64,000 nucleotides of DNA from a virus. How positions within the stretch are numbered: position 1 is the first letter of the stretch; every line of letters begins with the position of its first letter. Shown one piece after another: positions 1 through 9,853 of this stretch. Where the stretch lies: positions 1 to 64,000 of the IMG/VR virus record IMGVR_UViG_3300042900_000549; one strand, 5' to 3'. The translations under genes were made by a program, and so were the position numbers. The notes below the pieces were generated by a model. That model was not told the DNA's origin. It was given only the letters and a program-made list of their open reading frames with translations, and did not search any database.

Positions 1-924
1 TACCTACATAAAGCAATAAAATCTCTCAATCAACTTCGGATGATTGAAGATTCTTTGGTAATTTATCGTATATCAAGAGCACCAGAACGTAGAATTTTCT
101 ATATTGATGTGGGTAATTTACCTAAAGTAAAAGCAGAACAATATCTCCGTGATGTTATGATGCGATATCGTAATAAACTTGTATATGATGCAAATACCGG
201 TGAAATACGTGATGATAAGAAATTTATGAGTATGATGGAAGATTTTTGGTTGCCACGTAGAGAAGGTGGACGTGGAACTGAAATCACTACACTTCCGGGC
301 GGACAAAATCTTGGAGAAATTACTGATATTAAGTATTTTCAAGAAAAACTCTACCGTTCACTAAATGTTCCGCCAACAAGAATAGGTGGAGAAGGTGGGT
401 TTAATCTTGGACGTTCATCTGAAATTTTAAGAGATGAATTAAAATTTACAAAATTTGTTGGGAGATTGAGAAAAAGATTTTCTAATATGTTCAGTGATAT
501 GCTGAGAACTCAATTAATTCTTAAAAATATAATTACTCCAGATGACTGGAAAATTATGAGAGAGCATATTCAATATGATTTCTTATACGATAATCATTTC
601 TCTGAGTTGAAAGAAGCAGAATTAATGACTGAAAGATTGAATATGGCAGCAACAGCAGAACCTTATATTGGTAAATACTATTCACAAGATTATGTAAGAA
701 GGAAAATTCTTCGTCAAACTGATGAAGAAATTGTGGAACAAGATATTTTAATTAAAAAAGAAATAGAAAGTGGTATTATTCCCGATCCAAATGCCCCAAT
801 TGATCCAAATACGGGAATGCCTATGGTGACAGGTGATTCTAGTAATGGATCATCTGGACAAGTTCCTATGGATCCGGGAATAGATGAAAAGAGTATGGAA
901 CCCCCAACAGAAAAAGGAATCTAA
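1..924 (+). CDS. g20: Portal vertex protein gp20 (5' end outside window)
   Basis: Frame open from base 1 (YLHKAIKSLNQLRMIEDSLVIYRISRAPERRIFYIDVGNLPK...EDFWLPRREGGRGTEITTLPGGQNLG), canonical T4-like portal motifs. Confidence 0.97.
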   Translation, partial: YLHKAIKSLNQLRMIEDSLVIYRISRAPERRIFYIDVGNLPKVKAEQYLRDVMMRYRNKLVYDANTGEIRDDKKFMSMMEDFWLPRREGGRGTEITTLPGGQNLGEITDIKYFQEKLYRSLNVPPTRIGGEGGFNLGRSSEILRDELKFTKFVGRLRKRFSNMFSDMLRTQLILKNIITPDDWKIMREHIQYDFLYDNHFSELKEAELMTERLNMAATAEPYIGKYYSQDYVRRKILRQTDEEIVEQDILIKKEIESGIIPDPNAPIDPNTGMPMVTGDSSNGSSGQVPMDPGIDEKSMEPPTEKGI

Positions 925-954
925 ATAAAGTATAGTTAATTATTTTTTAAAACT

Positions 955-1110
955 ATGGATGAATTAATGGATATGATTCTGACAGATGAATCGCCGTCAC
1001 AAATTAGTGATAAAATTAAAGATATTTTATTTGCTAAGTCTACAGAAAAAATAGATTCTTTTAGACCAGCAGTTGCTGCGTCATTATTTGATGGTGATGA
1101 AGGGGAATGA
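955..1110 (+). CDS. Small acidic protein, possible prohead core (gp67/68-like by position)
   Basis: Manually read 51-aa ORF MDELMDMILTDESPSQISDKIKDILFAKS..., not in ORF track; lies between g20 and g21. Confidence 0.6.
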   Translation: MDELMDMILTDESPSQISDKIKDILFAKSTEKIDSFRPAVAASLFDGDEGE

Positions 1111-1176
1111 ATTTTGTTGGAGTTATAATCTAACTTAACTGAACAATAAATATATAATATAAAACATTGTAAAATA

Positions 1177-1443
1177 ATGCAAAGAACTAAAATAATTGGA
1201 ACTGCAGTTCAAACCCAAACAAGTGCTGGATCCGCTACGAGCATTAGTGCTTCAACTTGCGTTCGTTTATTTAATAATACTGCTGGCGTTTCAACTGTAA
1301 GTATATCAACTTCAGTTGGGGCGGCAACTACCTTGTCATTTGCTATGCCCACAAATTCTGTTGAATTTATAGAAAAACTCCCAACAGATGTAATTTTTAC
1401 ATCTGTTGCTATTCAAGCAAACCAAGTAGGATTTACTAATTAA
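1177..1443 (+). CDS. Hypothetical virion-associated protein
   Basis: Thr/Ser-rich 88-aa ORF in head operon, preceded by AATAAATA late-promoter-like motif. Confidence 0.6.
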   Translation: MQRTKIIGTAVQTQTSAGSATSISASTCVRLFNNTAGVSTVSISTSVGAATTLSFAMPTNSVEFIEKLPTDVIFTSVAIQANQVGFTN

Positions 1444-1447
1444 GGCA

Positions 1448-2095
1448 ATGAAACTAATCACCGAAGAAATAGAAAAAGTTGAAGTTATTACCGAAGGAAC
1501 TGGTAGTAATAAAAGACTTTATATAACAGGACCTTTCTTACAATCAGAATGTGTAAATAGAAATGGTAGAATGTATCCTTTTTCTATTATGGAAAGGGAA
1601 GTAAAGCGTTATAATGAAAACTATATTCAAAAAGGTCGTGCTCTTGGGGAATTGGGACATCCAGAAGGACCTACTGTAAATTTAGATCGGGTTTCTCATA
1701 AAATTGTTTGTCTTGAGCAAAAAGGCAACACTTGGATTGGGAAAGCACAAATTTTATCAACTCCTATGGGTAAAATTGCCGAATCACTTCTTGGTGATGG
1801 CGTTTGTCTTGGAGTTTCCTCTCGTGGTATTGGATCACTAAGAGAGAACAATAAAGGTTACAAAGAAGTTGGTGAGGATTTTATGCTTGCCACCGCTGCT
1901 GACATTGTTGCAGACCCTTCTGCACCTGATGCTTTCGTCTCAGGAATTATGGAAGGTGTTGAGTGGATTTGGAATAATGGTGTTCTTGAGCAAAAAGTTT
2001 CAAGAATACATAAAAGAATTAATACTTTAGTAGATTCTAAACAACTAGAAGAGAACAAATTAAATTTATTCAATGACTTCTTAAATTCATTGTAA
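1448..2095 (+). CDS. g21: Prohead protease gp21
   Basis: NRNGRMYP, ALGELGHP, LGVSSRGIGSL, DIVADPSAPDAFV motifs. Confidence 0.96.
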   Translation: MKLITEEIEKVEVITEGTGSNKRLYITGPFLQSECVNRNGRMYPFSIMEREVKRYNENYIQKGRALGELGHPEGPTVNLDRVSHKIVCLEQKGNTWIGKAQILSTPMGKIAESLLGDGVCLGVSSRGIGSLRENNKGYKEVGEDFMLATAADIVADPSAPDAFVSGIMEGVEWIWNNGVLEQKVSRIHKRINTLVDSKQLEENKLNLFNDFLNSL

Positions 2096-2105
2096 TTTCT
2101 TAAAT

Positions 2106-2113
2106 TATAAATA
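2106..2113 (+). promoter_or_regulatory. T4-type late promoter TATAAATA
   Basis: Exact TATAAATA upstream of g22; the same motif occurs at 30172, 36733, 41194, 53617, 53690, 59863 and 62850. Confidence 0.8.
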
Positions 2114-2151
2114 AATATAGTTATTAACAAAGGTTAAAACGGAGAGTTCAA

Positions 2152-3354
2152 ATGTCTCGTGGTAAAAACTTACAGGAAATGGAATCAGGCACAAAGAAAT
2201 CCACAACTGCCGTAAATGCTAACGCAAAAGCAGGGGATGCAATGCCTAAACTTGCGTCTGGTGCAGTTGCTGGTCAAACTGGTAGTTGGGAAGATTTAGG
2301 TGGACCTACTCCAGATAATTATACATCGGATGAGAATGGTCCAGCAAAACTTAAGGATGCTGGTTCCGGCCTTAAGCAAGTTAAGGATGTAGTAAATAAA
2401 GGCGCAAAGTCTGCCGATCCTATGAAGGGTCTTAAGAAATCTGATGCCGTAAAGGAAGAAGAAGAATTGGGAGATGAAGATCTTATTTCAGAAGAAGATT
2501 CTGAAGATGAAGATCTAATCTCCGAGGAAGATGAAGATGAAGATGAAAAAGAAGATAAAGGTAAGAAAAAGTCCAAGAAAGATGATGAGGACGAAGAGGA
2601 TGATGATGAAGATGAAATGAAGGAGGAGTTTGATATTGAAGAAGATGTCAATGCTCTACTTCATGGAGAAGATCTCTCAGAAGAATTCCAAGAAAAAGCA
2701 AGGATGATTTTTGAATCTGCTCTTCGTTCAAAAGTTAATGAAATACGTGAGTCACTTGAAGTTCAATATGAAGAGAAACTCATAGAAGAAGTTCTAGTAA
2801 TCAAAGAAGAACTAGAAGAGCGTCTAGACGCTTATCTAGAGTATGTTGCTGAAGAGTGGGTAGATGAAAACACTCTTGCTATTGAGACCGGTCTCAAGGA
2901 AGAACTCACTGAGTCATTCCTTGGTGGTCTCAAGCAACTTTTTGAAGAACATTATGTAGAAATCCCTGAAGAAAAATATGATGTACTTGAGAATATGGTA
3001 GGAAAACTTGATGATATGGAGACTAAACTCAACGAGCAAATTGAAAGAAATATTCAACTCAACAAGCGTCTCTCAGAGTCGGTTGCTGATAGAATCTTTG
3101 ATGAAATTTCTGAAGGTCTTGCGACCACTCAGAAGGAAAAGCTCGCTTCACTTTCCGAAAGTGTAGAGTTTGAGAGTGAGACAGAATATCGTGGAAGACT
3201 AGAGACTTTGAAGGAATCATATTTTCCTTCAAGAGTAGTTTCTTCATCTGCAACAACTGAAACATTATCTGAAGGAGTAAACGTTGCAACTGAGTATCAC
3301 TCAGATTCAATGAATACTTACTTGAGGACTCTTTCAGCAGTTGTAAAACGCTGA
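2152..3354 (+). CDS. g22: Prohead core scaffold protein gp22
   Basis: Very acidic coiled-coil protein, LSEEFQEKARMIFESA and YLEYVAEEWVDEN motifs, between g21 and g23. Confidence 0.93.
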   Translation: MSRGKNLQEMESGTKKSTTAVNANAKAGDAMPKLASGAVAGQTGSWEDLGGPTPDNYTSDENGPAKLKDAGSGLKQVKDVVNKGAKSADPMKGLKKSDAVKEEEELGDEDLISEEDSEDEDLISEEDEDEDEKEDKGKKKSKKDDEDEEDDDEDEMKEEFDIEEDVNALLHGEDLSEEFQEKARMIFESALRSKVNEIRESLEVQYEEKLIEEVLVIKEELEERLDAYLEYVAEEWVDENTLAIETGLKEELTESFLGGLKQLFEEHYVEIPEEKYDVLENMVGKLDDMETKLNEQIERNIQLNKRLSESVADRIFDEISEGLATTQKEKLASLSESVEFESETEYRGRLETLKESYFPSRVVSSSATTETLSEGVNVATEYHSDSMNTYLRTLSAVVKR

Positions 3355-3408
3355 ATTTACTATTTAATCAAACAAAACAATTTCAATTTTTTACAGAGGT
3401 AAAAGGCA

Positions 3409-4821
3409 ATGTTTCAATCAGAAAGATTGCAAGAAAAGTGGGCACCACTTCTGAACTATGAGGGTCTTGATCCAATCAAAGATTCACACAGAAAGGCTGT
3501 AACTGCTGTCTTGCTAGAGAACCAAGAAAAATTTTTAAGAGAGCAAAGTTCTTTCTCTCACGGAGAGTTCCTTACTGAATCTCCAACTATGTCCGCTGGA
3601 ACCGGTGGATTTGGTGGAGACGCCTCTTCGGGTGGACCTGTTGCAGGTTTTGATCCAGTTCTAATTTCACTAATTAGACGCTCAATGCCTAACTTGGTCG
3701 CTTATGACCTCGCTGGCGTTCAACCAATGACCGGACCTACTGGTCTTATCTTTGCTATGCGTTCACGTTACGGCGATCAGCGCACTGGAGATAATGAGAC
3801 CTTCTACAACGAAGTAAATACCGCTTTCTCTGCTCAAAACAGCACTGGCACTGCAACTCAAGGTAATTATACCGGTGCAGCAGATGATGGTGCTTCTGTA
3901 GGTTTCGGTACTACTACTAACCAAAGTGGCGATAATCCAGGTCTTCTTAATCCCAATGGTCAGTTGTCTTATACAACTGGTCAGGGTATGCAAACTGCCG
4001 ATTCTGAGGCACTAGGTCAGGCTGGTGGTCCTCAGTTCAACGAAATGAATTTCTCTATTGAGAAAGTTCTAGTTGAAGCAAAGTCACGCGCCCTGAAAGC
4101 TGAGTACAGTCTTGAACTTGCTCAAGACCTCAAGGCAATTCACGGTCTAAACGCCGAGGCAGAACTTGCGAATATTCTTTCTACTGAAATCCTTGCGGAA
4201 ATCAATAGAGAAGTAATTCGTACCATCTACAAGGTTGCTAAGCCTGGCGCTCAAGCAAACGTAGCAACTGCTGGCGTATTTGACCTTGACGTTGACTCAA
4301 ACGGTCGTTGGAGCGTTGAGAAGTTCAAGGGTCTACTCTTCCAGATTGAGCGTGATGCTAACGCTATCGCCCAACAAACTCGTAGAGGAAAGGGTAATGT
4401 TATTATGTGTTCTGCTGACGTTGCTTCCGCACTAAGCATGGCTGGTGTACTTGATTACACTCCTGCTCTAAATGCAAACCTCAACGTAGATGACACTGGT
4501 AACACCTTTGCTGGTATTCTACTTGGCAAGTTCCGCGTCTATATTGATCCTTATGCTGCGAACGTAAGTTCCAACCAATATTATGTTGTTGGTTATAAGG
4601 GTTCTTCACCTTATGATGCTGGTCTATTCTATTGTCCTTATGTTCCTCTCCAGATGGTTCGCGCCGTTGGTGAGAATAGTTTCCAACCAAAAATTGGATT
4701 TAAGACTCGTTATGGTCTTGTTGCTAATCCATTCGCGGAAGGTTCTGCTCAAGGTCTTGGTAGAATTACTGCAAGTAGCAATACTTACTACCGTCGTGTA
4801 CTTGTTAAAAATCTTATGTGA
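3409..4821 (+). CDS. g23: Major capsid protein gp23
   Basis: GVQPMTGPTGLIFAMRSRY, KSRALKAEYSLELAQDLKAIHGL, FQPKIGFKTRYG. Confidence 0.98.
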   Translation: MFQSERLQEKWAPLLNYEGLDPIKDSHRKAVTAVLLENQEKFLREQSSFSHGEFLTESPTMSAGTGGFGGDASSGGPVAGFDPVLISLIRRSMPNLVAYDLAGVQPMTGPTGLIFAMRSRYGDQRTGDNETFYNEVNTAFSAQNSTGTATQGNYTGAADDGASVGFGTTTNQSGDNPGLLNPNGQLSYTTGQGMQTADSEALGQAGGPQFNEMNFSIEKVLVEAKSRALKAEYSLELAQDLKAIHGLNAEAELANILSTEILAEINREVIRTIYKVAKPGAQANVATAGVFDLDVDSNGRWSVEKFKGLLFQIERDANAIAQQTRRGKGNVIMCSADVASALSMAGVLDYTPALNANLNVDDTGNTFAGILLGKFRVYIDPYAANVSSNQYYVVGYKGSSPYDAGLFYCPYVPLQMVRAVGENSFQPKIGFKTRYGLVANPFAEGSAQGLGRITASSNTYYRRVLVKNLM

Positions 4822-4846
4822 GTCTCATTTGAGATTAAACAATACT

Positions 4847-4871
4847 GGGGAGGAGAAATCCTCCCTTTTTT
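4847..4871 (+). terminator. Intrinsic terminator after g23
   Basis: GGGAGGA-GAAA-TCCTCCC followed by T run. Confidence 0.85.
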
Positions 4872-4912
4872 ATTGTAAATTTTTAAATTAAGAACTAAAT
4901 AGTTAAAAAACA

Positions 4913-5473
4913 ATGTTTAAAGGTCAAATAGAAAATAGAAATTTTTTATCCTCAGTAGGATTTAAATTTACTCTCAATAGAGCACCTAAAGTTGCTTTTT
5001 TTTCAAATACTGCTAATATACCATCAATTACTTTAGGTGTAGCAGAGCAACCGAATTATTTAAATAATATTCCAATTCCTGGAGATAAAATGGAATTTGA
5101 AGATTTCACTCTACGATTTCTTGTAGATGAAAATCTTGAAAATTATATGGAAATTCAAAACTGGATGCGAGGTCTTGGATTCCCAGAATCACTCAAAGAA
5201 ATATATGATTGGCAAAATACAAATGAACAATTTGAGCAACCATACAATTCTCAAATGAATCTATACTCGGATGGCACTTTACTTGTTCTAAACAGTAATA
5301 AAAATTTTAATTTCAATATTAAATTCAGTTCAATGTTTCCATATCAATTAAGCACTTTACAGTTTGACGCTACAAATATTGATGAAGAATATTTTACTGC
5401 AGACGTATCATTTAAATATATGATGTATAATATAGTAGATAGAATAGGAAATCCATTAAATCCAACAAAATAA
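4913..5473 (+). CDS. g3: Tail tube terminator / tail completion protein gp3
   Basis: NFLSSVGFKF, IPGDKMEFEDFTLRFLVDENLENYMEIQNWM; synteny after g23. Confidence 0.85.
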   Translation: MFKGQIENRNFLSSVGFKFTLNRAPKVAFFSNTANIPSITLGVAEQPNYLNNIPIPGDKMEFEDFTLRFLVDENLENYMEIQNWMRGLGFPESLKEIYDWQNTNEQFEQPYNSQMNLYSDGTLLVLNSNKNFNFNIKFSSMFPYQLSTLQFDATNIDEEYFTADVSFKYMMYNIVDRIGNPLNPTK

Positions 5474-5476
5474 ATT

Positions 5477-5911
5477 ATGATTGATCTCGAAAAAATACAG
5501 GGAATGTGGGAAAAAGATTCAATAATAGATCCAGATAACTTGCACACAGAATCTTTAAACACTCCGGTACTTCATGCAAAGTATCACGATATGTTTAATA
5601 ATATATTACTTCTTAAGAAGAAAGCAGAACAACAGAAAAGAAATATAAGGCATCAAAAATATGAGTACTACACAGGAAAAGCAGATCCTGATGTTTATGT
5701 GGAAAATCCATTTCCTAAAAAAATAAGAGATAAAGACACCCTTCAAAAATATATGGATGCAGACGAAAGTCTTTCTCAATCATCTCTAAAAGTAGAATAT
5801 TATGATGTAATGTTAAGTTATCTTCAAGATATTCTGAAGATGATTCATAATAGAAACTACCAAATAAAAAATGCAATTGATTTTCAAAAATTTGCAAGTG
5901 GGTTAGGGTGA
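5477..5911 (+). CDS. uvsY: Recombination mediator UvsY
   Basis: LHAKY...YEYYTGKA...RNYQIKNAIDF; synteny with uvsW. Confidence 0.9.
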   Translation: MIDLEKIQGMWEKDSIIDPDNLHTESLNTPVLHAKYHDMFNNILLLKKKAEQQKRNIRHQKYEYYTGKADPDVYVENPFPKKIRDKDTLQKYMDADESLSQSSLKVEYYDVMLSYLQDILKMIHNRNYQIKNAIDFQKFASGLG

Positions 5912-5943
5912 TACAATAAATACTCATAGAAATTGATTATTCT

Positions 5944-7419
5944 ATGAGTGACGTAGTTATATCTAAAAAGAATGAAGTTTTCATAAAGTTGGAATGCGAT
6001 CCTCATATCTTATATGAATTAGCACCATACTTTAGTTTTACTGTGGAATCGGCAAAGTTTATGCCACAGTATAGAGGAAAGAGGTGGGATGGAGAAATAA
6101 GACTACTAAGTACTGCTACTGGCGAAATATATGCGGGTCTTTTAGATAAGGTTATAGCAAAAATTAAAAATCATGGATATACTTATGAATTTAAGTCTAA
6201 TAAGTATTATGGTGCTCCTTTTGAAATAAATGAAGAAATATCACCAGATGGAGTATCTGGTTATATGAATCATATTTGCAATTTTACGCCATATGATTAT
6301 CAAATCAATGCTGTATATGAATGTTTGAGGTATAATAGAAAAACAATTATATCAGCAACATCTTCAGGTAAATCTTATATGATTTACTCAATTGTAAGAT
6401 ACTATGCAACAAAAGGGTTTAAAACATTAGTTGTATTTCCCACAACATCTTTGATTCATCAAATGTTTAAAGATTGGTCTGAGTATGGGTGGGATCCAGA
6501 AAATCATTGTCATATGATTTATTCAGGTCAAGAAAAGGATACAAATTTACCAATTACTCTTTCAACTTGGCAAAGTATTCATAAGTTAGATAAATCTTTT
6601 TTTGAAAATTATGATTGCGTGATTGTTGATGAATGTCACGGATGTAAAAGTAAAAGTCTTATTGACATTATGAAGAAGTCTCATAATGCAAAGTATCGCT
6701 TCGGATTTACCGGAACACTTTCTAATGGAGGAAAAGACTCACAAACTCACGAGTGGGTTATCTCTGGGTTATTTGGTCCATCATATAAAGCAGTAGGAAC
6801 AAAAGAACTAATTGAAAAGGGAAGGGCATCTGAATTGGATATTCATTGCCTAGTACTAAAGCATAATCCACAAAAATTTGATAAGTATGAGGATGAAATT
6901 CAATTTCTTATTACGAATGAGAAGAGAAACAATTTCATCAAAAATCTTGCTCTTGATATCAAAGGAAATACTCTAATTTTATTTTCAAGAGTAGAAACTC
7001 ATGGACTACCTTTATACGAACTCATAAATAATGGTAGTGATAATAATCGTAAAATATTTTTTGTTCACGGTGGAGTTGATGTTAAAGAACGAGAGCAAGT
7101 AAGGGAGATTACTGAAAGAGAAAACAACGCAATAATCGTTGCTTCTTATGGTGTGTTTAGTACAGGTATTTCAATCAAAAATTTACATAATGTAATTTTT
7201 GCTTCTCCAAGTAAGTCAAGAATTCGTAATTTACAGTCAATCGGTAGAGTTTTAAGAAAAGGAAGTAATAAAGATAAAGCAACTCTTTATGATATTTCTG
7301 ACGATTGTACTTATAATTCAAGAAAAAACTATACATTAAATCACTTTATAGAAAGGATTAAGATTTATACTGAAGAAGATTTTAATTACGAAATAATAAC
7401 AATCAATCTAAAAGAATAA
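5944..7419 (+). CDS. uvsW: SF2 DNA helicase UvsW
   Basis: Walker A ATSSGKS, DECH box, GFTGT, QSIGRVLR. Confidence 0.95.
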   Translation: MSDVVISKKNEVFIKLECDPHILYELAPYFSFTVESAKFMPQYRGKRWDGEIRLLSTATGEIYAGLLDKVIAKIKNHGYTYEFKSNKYYGAPFEINEEISPDGVSGYMNHICNFTPYDYQINAVYECLRYNRKTIISATSSGKSYMIYSIVRYYATKGFKTLVVFPTTSLIHQMFKDWSEYGWDPENHCHMIYSGQEKDTNLPITLSTWQSIHKLDKSFFENYDCVIVDECHGCKSKSLIDIMKKSHNAKYRFGFTGTLSNGGKDSQTHEWVISGLFGPSYKAVGTKELIEKGRASELDIHCLVLKHNPQKFDKYEDEIQFLITNEKRNNFIKNLALDIKGNTLILFSRVETHGLPLYELINNGSDNNRKIFFVHGGVDVKEREQVREITERENNAIIVASYGVFSTGISIKNLHNVIFASPSKSRIRNLQSIGRVLRKGSNKDKATLYDISDDCTYNSRKNYTLNHFIERIKIYTEEDFNYEIITINLKE

Positions 7420-7420
7420 T

Positions 7421-7810
7421 ATGGAAGATGACTTTTATGCTTCAATTAAGTTAAAGACTGGAGAAGAGATATTTGCTCGTGTTCTCCCGTGTGATGAAGA
7501 AAATAAAATAACATTAATTGTTACAAATCCAATTATAATTACAAGTGTCAAAGGTCGTGGAGATTCCTCTGGTTACAAAATAGAACCATGGATGAAAACA
7601 ACAACTGAAGATATGTTTATAATTCATATGAATAATGTAATAACTATGACTGAAACAAACGATTTAGAGATAATTATGATACATCAATCATTTGTAAGAA
7701 GAATTGAGGATATGAAAAATAACAGACATAGTGTATCACGTAAAATGGGATACATTGCAAATGTAAATGATGCTAAAGAACTATTAGAAAAGATTTATAA
7801 CAACTCATAG
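7421..7810 (+). CDS. Conserved T4-like hypothetical protein (Sm-like fold suspected)
   Basis: ASIKLKTGEEIFARV N-terminus, typical gene between uvsW and g55. Confidence 0.65.
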   Translation: MEDDFYASIKLKTGEEIFARVLPCDEENKITLIVTNPIIITSVKGRGDSSGYKIEPWMKTTTEDMFIIHMNNVITMTETNDLEIIMIHQSFVRRIEDMKNNRHSVSRKMGYIANVNDAKELLEKIYNNS

Positions 7811-7907
7811 ATATCACTTCGTGATAGTTTCCTTCGGAAACTAATCTTGTTATATAATTATTCTAGTAATATAGAAGCTTTAACTCACTCTCAAAACCCA
7901 CAAGCCT

Positions 7908-7937
7908 ATTATACATACATTCGTATAGGTCTGTCAA
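7908..7937 (-). promoter_or_regulatory. Consensus sigma70 promoter on the minus strand with no downstream ORF
   Basis: Reverse complement reads TTGACA (7937-7932), 18 nt, TATAAT (7913-7908). Confidence 0.65.
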
Positions 7938-7996
7938 GTGGTTGTTATTTCAGCAATTACGTGTTATAATATCTACATAATAAATTAGAAATACTT

Positions 7997-8536
7997 ATGA
8001 TTTCAACTGAAGTAATGGCAAAGAGAAAAAGGTCTGTTCATTATGTGAACAATAAAGAATTTTTAGAAGCACTCATTGTTTATAAAAAGAAATTAAGGGA
8101 CGCAGCAGAAAAAGAAATACCCAATATTACTGATGATGAATTAAAAAAATGGGTTAGTCCAAATAGACCTCCAATTCCAAATTATATTGGTGAATGTATT
8201 CTTAAAATTGCTACGCACCTATCCTTTAAACCTAATTTTGTAAATTATATGTTTAAAGATGACATGATTTCCGATGGCATCGAAAATTGCATTCAATATC
8301 TTCATAACTTTAATCCAGAGAAATCTCAAAATCCTTTTGCATACTTTACTCAAATTATTCACTTTGCATTTCTTCGTCGTATTCAAAAAGAAAAACGTCA
8401 ATTAGAAATCAAAAATAAAATTTTAGAAAGAACTGGGTTTGATGAAGTCTTTACAGATGATAATCATATTGACGGTACAAACTATTCGGATTATAATTCT
8501 ATTAAAGATAATGTACATATCCGAATGAATTCTTGA
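7997..8536 (+). CDS. g55: Late-transcription sigma factor gp55
   Basis: HYVNNKEFL, YIGECILKIATHLS, DMISDGIENC, NPFAYFTQI. Confidence 0.95.
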   Translation: MISTEVMAKRKRSVHYVNNKEFLEALIVYKKKLRDAAEKEIPNITDDELKKWVSPNRPPIPNYIGECILKIATHLSFKPNFVNYMFKDDMISDGIENCIQYLHNFNPEKSQNPFAYFTQIIHFAFLRRIQKEKRQLEIKNKILERTGFDEVFTDDNHIDGTNYSDYNSIKDNVHIRMNS

Positions 8537-8538
8537 AT

Positions 8539-9576
8539 ATGCGCGTAGCAATTTTAACAGACACCCACTGGTCTGCCAGAAAGTCTTCCAGATTATTTCA
8601 AGATTATTTTGAGCAATTCTATAAAAATGTGTTTTTCCCGACGCTGGAACAGTACGGGATTGATACAGTTATTCATATGGGTGATGCTTTTGATAGTCGT
8701 AAATCAATTGATTTTGCTGGACTTGATTGGACTCGTAAAGTTGTACTTGAACCACTTTCAAAATATAAGGTTCATCTAATTACTGGAAATCACGATGTTT
8801 ATTTTAAGAATTCTAATAAAGTAAATTCTCCTGAACTTTTACTTAAAGATTATGGGAATATAACAACTTACTCTGAACCAACTGAGGTTAATATTGGGGG
8901 TTTAAATATTCTTCTTCTTCCCTGGATTAATTCTGAAAATCAAGATAAATCATTTAAATTGATTAAGAATACTAAAGCAAAGGTTGTAATGGGGCACCTT
9001 GAACTTCAAGGATTTAGAGTAAATAAAAACTTAGTAATGAATGAACATGGATTGGAAGCAAATATTTTTTCAAACTTCGCAAAGGTATTTTCTGGTCATT
9101 ACCACACTCGTTCTGATAATGGAACTGTCTTCTATCTGGGTAATCCTTACGAGATATACTGGAATGATGTAAATGATCCTCGTGGATTTACTATTTTTGA
9201 TACTGAAACATTAGAACATTTTCATATAGATAACCCCTATCGTATGTTCTATAACATATATTATGAGGACACTCCATATCAGACATTTGATGTGAGGGAG
9301 TATGAGAATAAAATTGTTCGGGTAATTGTTCGTAAAAAAACAGATATTAAGCAATTTGAAAGATTTGTTGATAAACTTTATACTGCGAATATTAGTGAAA
9401 TTAAAATTGTTGAAAATTTTCAAATTATAAACTTGGAAGAGTTTGAGGCATTTGAATCTGAAGATACTTTTTCTATTCTCCAAAGATATGTGACTGAAAG
9501 TGAATGTGAACTGGATAAAACTACTATAATTAATATACTGGAAGAAGTATACAAAGAAGCATTAGAGATGGTATAA
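8539..9576 (+). CDS. g47: Recombination endonuclease subunit gp47 (Mre11/SbcD-like)
   Basis: Metallophosphoesterase motifs TDTH, GDAFD, GNHD, SGHYH. Confidence 0.95.
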   Translation: MRVAILTDTHWSARKSSRLFQDYFEQFYKNVFFPTLEQYGIDTVIHMGDAFDSRKSIDFAGLDWTRKVVLEPLSKYKVHLITGNHDVYFKNSNKVNSPELLLKDYGNITTYSEPTEVNIGGLNILLLPWINSENQDKSFKLIKNTKAKVVMGHLELQGFRVNKNLVMNEHGLEANIFSNFAKVFSGHYHTRSDNGTVFYLGNPYEIYWNDVNDPRGFTIFDTETLEHFHIDNPYRMFYNIYYEDTPYQTFDVREYENKIVRVIVRKKTDIKQFERFVDKLYTANISEIKIVENFQIINLEEFEAFESEDTFSILQRYVTESECELDKTTIINILEEVYKEALEMV

Positions 9577-9851
9577 TGTATCTCATAACACTTGAAGGGA
9601 ACGAAGACGAAGGTGTCTATGCTGCCGTGGATGAGTTAGGTAATAATATTGTTTATATCTTTGAAGAAAGAGATGATGCTGTTAGATTTGCAATGTTATT
9701 AGAAGAAGATGATTATCCTAAAATGAGTGTAGTTGAAGTTGAAGAAAAAGTTGTTGTGAAATCATGTGAAATACGTGATTATGAGTATAGAATCTTCACT
9801 CCAAACGATATTGTAATTCCACCTCAACCAGAAAATACTGATTTTATTTAA
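9576..9851 (+). CDS. Conserved cyanophage hypothetical protein (DUF3110-like)
   Basis: FEERDDAVRFAMLLE motif; between g47 and g46. Confidence 0.6.
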   Translation: MYLITLEGNEDEGVYAAVDELGNNIVYIFEERDDAVRFAMLLEEDDYPKMSVVEVEEKVVVKSCEIRDYEYRIFTPNDIVIPPQPENTDFI

Positions 9852-9853
9852 AA

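Noticed and set aside
2455-2645. GAAGAT/GATGAA tandem repeats as a DNA repeat element
   Set aside because: Coding low-complexity Asp/Glu tract typical of scaffold proteins.
2319-2651. Ser-rich minus-strand ORF
   Set aside because: Mirror of the GAA/GAT-rich acidic tract of g22.
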